Virus record (IMG/VR): IMGVR_UViG_3300048914_000231
Location: 50,063-114,062 of that record
Reading direction: 5' to 3' (one strand)
DNA length: 64,000 bases
Source: a virus
In this document: piece by piece, positions 28,039-36,087 of the stretch
Numbering within the stretch: position 1 is the stretch's first letter
Layout of the letters: each line of letters opens with the position of its first letter
The notes under the pieces: generated by a model
Database searches by the model: none
What the model saw: the letters and a program-made list of their open reading frames with translations, nothing else
Told to the model about the DNA's origin: nothing
Made by a program: the position numbers and the translations under genes

Positions 28039-29766
28039 ATGGAAAAAGTAACGATCGCGCGTAACGCCGTGACAGCCATGCTGCACAAGCCCAGTCGCGA
28101 TGTAAAACTGGAAGTGCAGGCGATTCTGTCGTACGCGGTCGCCGGCGCCGAGCATGCGATCGCCTTCAAAAAGGGGGTGTGGGACGGGCGCTCGTCGTTC
28201 CTGGACTTCAGGAACGGCACCTTCCCGGCCGGCTTTACGCACTACGTCACGGCGCACCTGCGGCGCAAGGGGTACGAGGTGCAGATCGCCCAGAAGGCCC
28301 TGCCCGAGCCGCTCGGCCCGGAAAACCCGGTGGTCGACGCCTTTCCGGAAGACCCGCGCTACGACTACCAGATGGAAACCGTGCGGCGTCTGGTCAAGCA
28401 CGGCCAGATCATCGCCCAGATCGCCACCGGCGGCGGCAAGAGCCGTACCGCGCGCCTGGCGTACGCGCGCATCAACCGCATGACCCTGTTCATCACGACG
28501 CGCTCGATCCTCATGTACCAGATGAAGGACAGTTTCGAGCGCGACCTTGGCGTGCCGGTATCGGTGCTGGGCGATGGCCAGTTCGGTCACACCACGTCGG
28601 ACGGGCGCCAGGCGGTGCGCAAGATGTGCGTCGGCATGGTGCAGACCCTGGCGGCCAAGCTGAAGGAAAAGACGGTCGAGGGCGAAGTCGAGGCCGTGAT
28701 CGACGCGCTGGTGGCCAGGGAGCTCAAGGCGGTCAAGGCGCTGGAGAAGAAGCTGGTCGACGCCGGTGCCACGCCGGCGCAGGTCAGGGCCCGGGTCAGG
28801 CAGCTGGAAGAACAGCAGCTGGCCGCGCGCTCGGACTCGAAAAAGATCCAGGCCGATTGCGCCGTCAAGGTGCATGAGCACATGGCGATGCGCGCGCGGG
28901 TGATTGAATTGCTGGGCCGGTTCGAATTCGTGATCATCGAAGAGGCGCACGAGGCATCGGCCGAGGATTTCTACAACGTCATGCAGCACTGCAAGAGCGC
29001 GCACTACCGCATGGCGCTGACGGCGACGCCGTTCATGAAGGCCGACGAAGAGGCGAACATGCGCCTGATGGCGGTGTCCGGCCCGATCGCGATCAAGGTG
29101 TCCGAGCAGACCCTGATCGACCGCGGCATTCTGGCCCAGCCGCATTTTCGCTTCATCCCGTGGGCCGGCAAGCCGCCCAAGCTGTTCAAGCACACCGGCT
29201 GGGCGTCGGCGTACCGGCTTGGCATCACCGAGCACGAATGGCGCAACCAGACCGCGACCGCCGTGTGCCGGCGCTTTGCCGAGTATGGTCTGACGTCGAT
29301 GGTGCTGGTACAGCACACCGCGCACGGTGAGACCGTCAGGCGCCTGATGCTGGCCGCCGGCCTGCGCGTGGATTTCATCCAGGGCGAGGATGACCAGGAC
29401 GGGCGCAAGGCAGCACTGCAGCGCCTGGCGCGCGGCGAACTCGACATCCTGATCGGCACCACGATCCTCGACGTCGGCGTGGACGTGCCGGCCGTCGGTC
29501 ACATCTGCCTGCTGGGTGGTGGCAAGGCCGAGGTGCAGCTGCGTCAGCGTATCGGGCGCGGCCTGCGCGAGAAGAAGAACGGCATGCCGAACCTGTGCTT
29601 TGTGACCGACTTCGCCGACACGCTCAACGAGCACCTGCACAACCATGCCAGACAGCGTCAGGCGATCATCAGGGACACGCCGGGATTCGACCGCTTCATC
29701 CTCTCCGACGGGCGCGACTTCGACCTGGAGGCGCTCGGCTTCAGGCGGCTGGCGGCAGCGGCGTGA
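28039..29766 (+). CDS. Superfamily 2 helicase
   Basis: ATGGGKS, EEAH, LTATP, GVDVP, QRIGRGLR. Confidence 0.95.
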   Translation: MEKVTIARNAVTAMLHKPSRDVKLEVQAILSYAVAGAEHAIAFKKGVWDGRSSFLDFRNGTFPAGFTHYVTAHLRRKGYEVQIAQKALPEPLGPENPVVDAFPEDPRYDYQMETVRRLVKHGQIIAQIATGGGKSRTARLAYARINRMTLFITTRSILMYQMKDSFERDLGVPVSVLGDGQFGHTTSDGRQAVRKMCVGMVQTLAAKLKEKTVEGEVEAVIDALVARELKAVKALEKKLVDAGATPAQVRARVRQLEEQQLAARSDSKKIQADCAVKVHEHMAMRARVIELLGRFEFVIIEEAHEASAEDFYNVMQHCKSAHYRMALTATPFMKADEEANMRLMAVSGPIAIKVSEQTLIDRGILAQPHFRFIPWAGKPPKLFKHTGWASAYRLGITEHEWRNQTATAVCRRFAEYGLTSMVLVQHTAHGETVRRLMLAAGLRVDFIQGEDDQDGRKAALQRLARGELDILIGTTILDVGVDVPAVGHICLLGGGKAEVQLRQRIGRGLREKKNGMPNLCFVTDFADTLNEHLHNHARQRQAIIRDTPGFDRFILSDGRDFDLEALGFRRLAAAA

Positions 29767-29832
29767 CGCTTGCGTAGCGTTATCACGTCATGCTACGCTG
29801 GGAATACCTCACTACTGACTGAAGGATGCCTC

Positions 29833-30057
29833 ATGAACCACACCCTGATTATGAACCTGTTCATCGGCATTCTCGTTGCCGGCGTCGCGTTCGTCACCAA
29901 CGATCCGCTGGCGCTGCTGGGCCTGTTCTTCATGCACGACCTGCCGCTGCACGTTGTCACGAACGAGCAGCAGATTCGCGCCGCCGCGATGGACAAGATG
30001 GATGACGATGATGACGCCGATGGCGGCGGCATCGGATTTACCGCGCCGATCAAATAA
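29833..30057 (+). CDS. Small membrane protein with acidic tail
   Basis: Hydrophobic N-terminus, DDDDD, IGF motif. Confidence 0.7.
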   Translation: MNHTLIMNLFIGILVAGVAFVTNDPLALLGLFFMHDLPLHVVTNEQQIRAAAMDKMDDDDDADGGGIGFTAPIK

Positions 30058-30081
30058 TTTCGCTGTCAATCGTGCCATTTC

Positions 30082-30105
30082 AGCGCCCCACGGGGCGCTT
30101 TTTTT
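30082..30105 (+). terminator. Intrinsic terminator
   Basis: AGCGCCCC-AC-GGGGCGCT followed by a T run. Confidence 0.75.
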
Positions 30106-30107
30106 AT

Positions 30108-30138
30108 TTGCGTTCACAAGATGAACGCACGCTATAAT
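30108..30138 (+). promoter_or_regulatory. Promoter with inverted-repeat operator for the array operon
   Basis: Perfect TATAAT at 30133; TGCGTTCA-N5-TGAACGCA at 30109-30129. Confidence 0.7.
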
Positions 30139-30173
30139 GAATGCACAGAATCACAAATGAACCGGAGAATTAA

Positions 30174-30458
30174 ATGAGCAATATTGACAAGCGCAACCGC
30201 TTTTCCATCGATCTGCCACCCGACTGGCAGGATTACCTGGCGCACACCGCCCGAATTCACCGGCTGACGCAGGGCGAGGTGGTGCAAACCCTGCTGGCCA
30301 ACATGCACAGCTGCGCCGGCATCGAGCAGGCTCTTGCCGCGCGGCGCGAGGAAAAGGTGGCAGCAAGGCGCAGCAAGGCGTCGATGACCGCGGCATTCAA
30401 GCAGTTGACACCCGAGCAACAGCGGCGCGCGCTGGAGGCGCTCGGAGCCGAATCGTGA
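30174..30458 (+). CDS. Ribbon-helix-helix-like DNA-binding protein
   Basis: RFSIDLP strand followed by two helices (DYLAHTAR / TQGEVVQTLL). Confidence 0.65.
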   Translation: MSNIDKRNRFSIDLPPDWQDYLAHTARIHRLTQGEVVQTLLANMHSCAGIEQALAARREEKVAARRSKASMTAAFKQLTPEQQRRALEALGAES

Positions 30459-30754
30459 AAGACAGGGCACCCGGGCCGAAGCCGGTTGAGGTGTGCCGGC
30501 ATGTATTCCGGCACGCGACGCTGAAGACGATCAATGCCAGGGTTGACCACATCGAATGGATCTTCTTCGAAGGTGAGAAATGGCCGCGCCAGCTGGTGTA
30601 TTTCACGAATGGATCGACCACGTTTGACGCCGCCGCACAGTGGACGCTGGCCCAGGCCAATGCGCTGGCCGAAACGGGCAACTGGACCAGGGAAATCTTC
30701 ATGACCGTGGAAAACGACAGGCCGGATGCATCGTACGGTACGGAGGTATGGTGA
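30455..30754 (+). CDS. Array ORF A, hypothetical
   Basis: GTGA-coupled; ends DRP...EVW. Confidence 0.75.
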   Translation: MKDRAPGPKPVEVCRHVFRHATLKTINARVDHIEWIFFEGEKWPRQLVYFTNGSTTFDAAAQWTLAQANALAETGNWTREIFMTVENDRPDASYGTEVW

Positions 30755-31029
30755 ACCTGCTGTTTATTGAACTGCATTCTGAAAAACTCAGGGATACCGC
30801 GCCGTTTGTGACGGCGTACGACCTGGATTATCCCGGGCCGAACAAGCGTCAGTGGCGCGTCGACAGGGCGCGCGGTGTCGAGTCCGGGGTCAATCGCGAT
30901 GGGAGTGGCATGCGGGGTGTATGGGCGTATCTGGCGGCCGGCACCTGGCTGCAGCTGACGCAGCAGGAAGCCTATACCAAATTTCCTGAACTGCAGACGG
31001 CGATCGAAAACTGGGTGGAGCCATGGTAA
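30748..31029 (+). CDS. Array ORF B, hypothetical
   Basis: Start corrected to ATG 30748; MVN...VEPW. Confidence 0.75.
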   Translation: MVNLLFIELHSEKLRDTAPFVTAYDLDYPGPNKRQWRVDRARGVESGVNRDGSGMRGVWAYLAAGTWLQLTQQEAYTKFPELQTAIENWVEPW

Positions 31030-31379
31030 ATCTGAGCAACAGCATAACGTACGAGAACTACCTGTACCTGCGCCGGCAGCTGGGTGAACAGGAAAACGGC
31101 GACTGGCCGTCGTCATCATGGAACATCATGTCGGCATCAGGCACGCAAAACGTGATCAACACCATGCTTGCCAAATGCGAAAACCTGATGCGCGAGCGTG
31201 ATCTGTCATGGGAGGCGTACAAGAAAGTGTGGAGCAAGGGGTCGGTGCCTGCGTATTTAAATCCGACCGCCTGGGAGGAAGCGCCGCTGTTCATCAAGGC
31301 GGCCATCATCAAGCCGCGTGAGGTGGGTATCGTTGACGTGCGCGAGGACGTGCCGCAAAGCGAGGTGACGCCATGGTGA
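31023..31379 (+). CDS. Array ORF C, two copies of the YxxY..W module
   Basis: TYENY...W / SWEAY...W; ends DVPQSEVTPW. Confidence 0.8.
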   Translation: MVNLSNSITYENYLYLRRQLGEQENGDWPSSSWNIMSASGTQNVINTMLAKCENLMRERDLSWEAYKKVWSKGSVPAYLNPTAWEEAPLFIKAAIIKPREVGIVDVREDVPQSEVTPW

Positions 31380-31588
31380 GATACCGGCCCGACGGACGCA
31401 AAATTGACACGAGCTACGCCAACTATCTGCGTCTGGCCGGTTTGAACCTGATCAGCGCCGACAACCAGCTGACGTCGAACGACTGGAACTGGCTTGATAT
31501 GGACGGCAAGGCTGGTGAAATCGAGCGCCTGATGAACCTGGCCGAAGTGCGCGACCGGCCGGAAAGCGGCGGGGTGGTGGCATGGTAG
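31373..31588 (+). CDS. Array ORF D
   Basis: SYANY...W; ends DRPESGGVVAW. Confidence 0.8.
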   Translation: MVRYRPDGRKIDTSYANYLRLAGLNLISADNQLTSNDWNWLDMDGKAGEIERLMNLAEVRDRPESGGVVAW

Positions 31589-31785
31589 AGCGTCTGTCCT
31601 ACCGTCATTACAAGTCGCTTCATTTTGCCGCCGGTTATGGAGAAGGTGAACTGGCCGACATCGTCATGTGGATGGATACGCCCGACCAGCTGAAACTCGC
31701 CGAGATTGAAATGCTGGAAGAACGCCTGCGCGAGATTCGTGACGAGGTGTCCGATATACCAACCAGCATGGTGACGCCATGGTAA
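31582..31785 (+). CDS. Array ORF E
   Basis: SYRHY...W; ends DIPTSMVTPW. Confidence 0.8.
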   Translation: MVERLSYRHYKSLHFAAGYGEGELADIVMWMDTPDQLKLAEIEMLEERLREIRDEVSDIPTSMVTPW

Positions 31786-31982
31786 AAGATTCAGCCTACC
31801 CTTACGAACGTTATGTGGAGTATTTCAAGATCGTCTGGCCAGGCATGCACCCGATGGATGAATATGAATGGTATGTGCGGCATGGACGCACGGCGCGCGC
31901 GAGGACGATCAAGATACTCGTTCGGCAGATTCCAGATCATCAGCGCAAAGCGCCATTCTTGAAGGAGAGGGTCACATGGTAG
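31779..31982 (+). CDS. Array ORF F
   Basis: PYERY...W; ends ERVTW. Confidence 0.8.
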   Translation: MVKDSAYPYERYVEYFKIVWPGMHPMDEYEWYVRHGRTARARTIKILVRQIPDHQRKAPFLKERVTW

Positions 31983-32182
31983 ACGTGAGCTATGACCGTT
32001 TTTACGCTTTGCGCAGGGCGCTGGATATGCCAGAAGAGGGGGAGGTGGCGCGCAGCAGGTGGGAGATTCTGCCGGAGGCGCATCGGCAAAGCGTCATCGC
32101 CATGATGACCGGCACGCTCAACGGGCGCAACACCGTCCTGTTCCCGTGCGACGCGCCTGAAAGTGAGGTGGTGCCATGGTAG
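31976..32182 (+). CDS. Array ORF G
   Basis: Start corrected to ATG 31976; SYDRF...W; ends DAPESEVVPW. Confidence 0.8.
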   Translation: MVDVSYDRFYALRRALDMPEEGEVARSRWEILPEAHRQSVIAMMTGTLNGRNTVLFPCDAPESEVVPW

Positions 32183-32385
32183 AGGATTGCACTTACGAGC
32201 AATACAAGGCGGCCTGCGTATCGATCAACGAAAAAGCATGTTGGACGCGAGGAGGATGGCTGGGCTTGGTCAAAGACGCGCGGATCGCGGTCATGGCAAA
32301 CCTGTTGAATGCCGGGGCCTGGTGGCCCGATAGGGAGCTTGGCGAGGGTGAGGATGTTCCAGAAACTGAGGTGACGCCATGGTAG
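32176..32385 (+). CDS. Array ORF H
   Basis: TYEQY...W; ends DVPETEVTPW. Confidence 0.8.
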   Translation: MVEDCTYEQYKAACVSINEKACWTRGGWLGLVKDARIAVMANLLNAGAWWPDRELGEGEDVPETEVTPW

Positions 32386-32573
32386 AGGAATTGTCGTACG
32401 AAGCATATCTGCGTCTTCGGCGCGCCGCCAGGCGCGAGGAAGCGCATGACGTCTCGCGCGAATCCTGGGAAGGCGGCAAGGTGGCGCGACGCTTCGTCAT
32501 CAGCTGGCTCACGCGGGAGATCGGGCAGCGCGTCGATGCGCAGGAACTGCCCGAATGGGGAACATGGGGATAG
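32379..32573 (+). CDS. Array ORF I (last)
   Basis: SYEAY...W; ends ELPEWGTWG. Confidence 0.8.
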   Translation: MVEELSYEAYLRLRRAARREEAHDVSRESWEGGKVARRFVISWLTREIGQRVDAQELPEWGTWG

Positions 32574-32619
32574 GGAAATTGGGAGCCTGACCTGGCGGTC
32601 TCTGTCGATGGGAAATTGG

Positions 32620-32828
32620 TATAAGGATCGCGTATCCGAGGACCGGGGCCATGTATAAGGATCGATCGTTTTCGGGCCGGCCCGGAAATATAAGGAAGGG
32701 TTATTGGAGACCGGAAGTTGAGGAAGGCTGGGCCATCAAAGGGCGAAATCCGCCCTAAGACATCGGTCTCGCGCGCACGCGTCGCGCGTCGCTTACAACC
32801 CGCACATTGACAGAATCTGCGAGACCGA
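32620..32828. repeat. Three phased TATAAGGA repeats plus a 10-bp inverted repeat
   Basis: TATAAGGA at 32620, 32654, 32689; TCGGTCTCGC 32763-32772 / GCGAGACCGA 32819-32828. Confidence 0.75.
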
Positions 32829-32941
32829 ACCAACAAGCAAGACCGCGACAAAGACCGCAACCGCAGCGGTACGGGTCAGCGCGGTATCGATGACGCTACG
32901 CGCATGCAGGTCTGCGCAGTAGTCAGCAGTACTGCGCGCGC

Positions 32942-33115
32942 TCACGCTTGCACCTGATACGACACACTGATATGCAACCCGATAAATTCATGCGGTTCAT
33001 CGTGCATGTTAAGCAGGTTTGCAAGCGAACCCGCATCGACGGGAAACGATTCGCCCGTCGTTTCATTCTCGACGATGAACGCATCGTTCTGTTCGTCATA
33101 TTCTTTAACAATCAT
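32942..33115 (-). CDS. 57-aa acidic protein (not in ORF track)
   Basis: RBS GGGGGA-AAACC-ATG; MIVKEYDEQNDAFIVENETTGESFPVDAG...VQA; 11 D/E versus 1 K and 0 R. Confidence 0.7.
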   Translation of the reverse strand: MIVKEYDEQNDAFIVENETTGESFPVDAGSLANLLNMHDEPHEFIGLHISVSYQVQA

Positions 33116-33126
33116 GGTTTTCCCCC

Positions 33127-33142
33127 TGTTTCACGTGAAACG
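33127..33142. promoter_or_regulatory. parS-like palindrome
   Basis: TGTTTCACGTGAAACG, 15/16 to the conserved chromosomal parS TGTTTCACGTGAAACA; intergenic. Confidence 0.75.
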
Positions 33143-33174
33143 GTGCACCGTAGTGCACCGTGCAGACTGATCAG

Positions 33175-33891
33175 TTATGCGTCGAGCGAATCAAGTTCAT
33201 CATTTTCTTCATGCTGCGTTTCGGGTACGTCAGCATTAATCGGTGCGATACCAGCACGCTTTGCAAGCGGTTCGAAATACTGCGTCATGTTCGTGACCAC
33301 TTCGGGCAACAGTTCGATATTCGCTTGACGTGCGCCCTTTACACCGTCAGTCATGCGCAGAATACGCAGCATTTCGCGCGTACTGCTAACCTGCGTGCTA
33401 CCCGTACCGGGCGTATGGTTGCGACGCTCACGCAGAATCTGCTGTTCGTCGAGCGCGTCAAATTCGATCTTAACCAGCGTTGCGAACGCGTTCTTTGCGG
33501 TAATCACACCGTTACCTACAAGGGTATTGACGATGATCGCACGCGAGTAACCGTCAAGCTTGCGCGGGTCTTTGAACCCGAACGCTTGAATGCATTTCAG
33601 CACCTTGACGACCGTCTTGCACTGAATGTAATCGGCGTCATTCGCGCCCTTCTGCTTGTCGTTACCGATCACGCTTGCGAAGTAGCTGTAATCGATAAAC
33701 GAGCGCGTTTCGTTCACCGCATGTAGAAACGGGCGATAGTTTTTCCCGTTCGGGTCAAGATGGTCAAGAATGCCCTTGATCTCTGCTGCGACATGCTTGC
33801 CGTCGTCGATCAGCGCTTGCTTGCGGTTCGTGACCGCTTCGAACATTTTAGCGATGATCGTTTCGGTTTTGGTTTTAGCGTTGATTTTCAT
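33175..33891 (-). CDS. Hypothetical protein, distant paralog of the 44432-45460 C-terminal domain
   Basis: 238 aa, RBS AAAGGT, own promoter, atypical composition. Confidence 0.85.
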   Translation of the reverse strand: MKINAKTKTETIIAKMFEAVTNRKQALIDDGKHVAAEIKGILDHLDPNGKNYRPFLHAVNETRSFIDYSYFASVIGNDKQKGANDADYIQCKTVVKVLKCIQAFGFKDPRKLDGYSRAIIVNTLVGNGVITAKNAFATLVKIEFDALDEQQILRERRNHTPGTGSTQVSSTREMLRILRMTDGVKGARQANIELLPEVVTNMTQYFEPLAKRAGIAPINADVPETQHEENDELDSLDA

Positions 33892-34043
33892 GATATTACC
33901 TTTCGTGTTTGATTAAGTTTATTTTGTGTTTTATGAGCTCTTGCAGTTGCGGGTAACTAGCCCGGTTCGTGCATGCTCACGCTTGAATTGTGAAAGAGCT
34001 TTTTACCGCTTTTCGACGCAGCGCTGTGTGCGTCGATGTAGTG

Positions 34044-34072
34044 ATATTAAAACCTGGCGAGTTTGCGTGCAA
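34044..34072 (-). promoter_or_regulatory. Sigma70-type promoter
   Basis: TTGCAC-17 bp-TAATAT with upstream A-tracts. Confidence 0.7.
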
Positions 34073-34782
34073 GTAGTTTTTGCACGTTTTGAACAAAATA
34101 TTTTTGCACGCAAAAGATGTGGTATTTTCGCGGATCGCTTGACGCCGGGTTGTGTTGCTGCTATTCGCGTCATGCGGGCGCGCTCTTGTTCCAGGCGGGG
34201 TGGCGCGGTCGGGCAGGCGCAGCCGAGGCATTGCCGAGGCGGGTGAACCCGGCGCAGCCGGTCCGGGCAGGCGGGTCCATGGCTGCCGGCGCCAGCTGGA
34301 AGGGCGGCGGGCCGAAACCCCGGAAATACCGTTGTCGTGGCTGCGGATGCTTCCGGGAATAGACGTCGCCGCGGCTACGGACCATCACCTGTTCATGGCA
34401 CTGCCACGGCGCGTCCTGGGTGGGTTTACAGGCCCGTGGCGGGCCTTTGTGTCACTTGTACTGGCGCATCTTTCTGAGCGGCTGGTTGACGCGCTGGCGG
34501 GCCTGACGCTGACGCTCCTGCTCGTGCTGACGCTCCAGCAGGCGGGTCAGGTCATGCTCAGGCTCGTAACGCTCGTGTTCGGCTTGCTGCGGCTCGTCGC
34601 GGTATTGGTGGCGCATGCTCAGTGCTCCTGACGTGCGTAATGATTAATGCCGCAATGCGCCACTTTGACCAAATTGCCAAAATCATCGGTAACATAGGCG
34701 CGCGGAATGGCGCTCTCCATGTTCGCGCGTACGTACCAGGCGCCATAGCGGTGCAATTGACGCACAGTGAATGTCAAACCTT

Positions 34783-34965
34783 TCATCTGGCACCTCCGAG
34801 CATGATCAGGGTGTCGGCGGTGCGCACGACGGGAACGGCAACGCCGGCTGCGTCGCGCAGAATGCTGATCTGGGTGGTCCGCAGGGCAAGGTGCAGCTGC
34901 GGGCGGGCGGTGATGTCATGGCGTGGTTGCAGGGCGACCAGGCGGGCTTGAATATGGGTTTGCAT
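34783..34965 (-). CDS. Small hypothetical protein
   Basis: RBS-like GAAAGAGAG; upstream CATAAT. Confidence 0.45.
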   Translation of the reverse strand: MQTHIQARLVALQPRHDITARPQLHLALRTTQISILRDAAGVAVPVVRTADTLIMLGGAR

Positions 34966-35154
34966 GTCTCTCTTTCGGTTGATCGCTGCAACGTTGCAGC
35001 AGAACCATTATGCGGGTGGGTGTGTGGCGCATGGCCGGCGAATTCACTGGCCTGGCATTCTGGCCTGCGATCGCGGCCTGTGCCTGGCCTGATGCCATGA
35101 AAAAGCCGAGGCGATGCCTGACGGCCGGTACAGGCGCCGCGTGGGCGCCTGGGC

Positions 35155-35445
35155 CTAGCAGGTGTGCTGGAACAGCCGGCCCGCGCTGACTTCCTTGTGG
35201 CACCAGGGGCATTGCGCGCGGACACGGTGTACCTTGCGGCCGGCCTTCAACGGCGCGATCCACACCTTGACCTTCACGTACTGTTCGATCGGCTTGTCGT
35301 TGTAAGCCACCGCTGCATTCAGGAACTGCGGCTCCAGCCCCGCGTTCGGCAGCTTCTGTTCGACCGTCAGGCCCAGCAGCGGCTTCAGATGGTGGCTCTG
35401 TGCGTTGCGGCCGTACTTGTTCAGAATCACGGTGGTGCGTTTCAT
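35155..35445 (-). CDS. Small Zn-finger protein
   Basis: CPWC...RLFQHTC; RBS GAGGGA. Confidence 0.7.
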   Translation of the reverse strand: MKRTTVILNKYGRNAQSHHLKPLLGLTVEQKLPNAGLEPQFLNAAVAYNDKPIEQYVKVKVWIAPLKAGRKVHRVRAQCPWCHKEVSAGRLFQHTC

Positions 35446-35563
35446 GGTGTGGTTCCCTCGGTGTGTTGTTGACGAGTTCTCAGTATCGAGGGCCATGTGC
35501 GGCACCGGTGTGGCGAGGTTCAGTCTGCCTAAAAATTGGGCAAAAAGAAGGAATATTCCATGG

Positions 35564-35882
35564 AATTGAGGATTTTGAGCATGAATCCTCGGCTACGCCT
35601 CGGAGCAAACCATACTTTGGCCGAAGCAAATTGAGGATTTTGAGCATAAACATGCTTCGAGGATGGGCCAAGGAAGGGCCTGGGAGGGCGTTTCGCGTGA
35701 AAATCCGGACCTTTCGTCGCCGTGGCCGGGGCTTGGGTGAGGTTGGGTGTCTTCTCTCCGCAGCTTGGGTGTTTGACCCCTTTCCGTAAGGAGCTTGGGT
35801 TACTTGGGTGTTTGACCCCTCCGCTATAAGTACTTATATATCTATACTAAAGTAAGAAGTACTTAAGTATTTTCGGAAACGC
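35564..35882. repeat. Direct repeats plus AT-rich core (origin-like)
   Basis: 19-bp repeat at 35564/35629; 18-bp repeat at 35764/35803; TATAAGTACTTATA at 35825. Confidence 0.8.
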
Positions 35883-36087
35883 CTTGGATACCCAGGCCTG
35901 GGTATACCGGGATGGAGAAGCCGCGGCACAGAGGGAAGGCGGCCCGGGAAGGCTGCTTCCTCTATGGGAGAAGACTGGCGGGCGCGGGAGGAAGCGGGTC
36001 GGCGGGCGATTTTTCGGGTGTTCGGTTACTTGGTGGCGGGAGGGAGGTGATGTTGATGATTAGGCATTACCTCCACCCTCAATCCTT

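Noticed and set aside
30748-32385. Array as CRISPR or integron
   Set aside because: Repeats are short and degenerate, units are ~200-350 bp coding ORFs, and I see no cas gene, integrase or attC-type hairpin
33211-33230. DVPETQ in the 238-aa protein resembling array tail DVPETE
   Set aside because: Five-residue match without the terminal Trp or junction; likely chance
34117-34746. Overlapping ORFs at 34.1-34.7 kb
   Set aside because: No consistent RBS or recognisable protein; cannot choose a real frame
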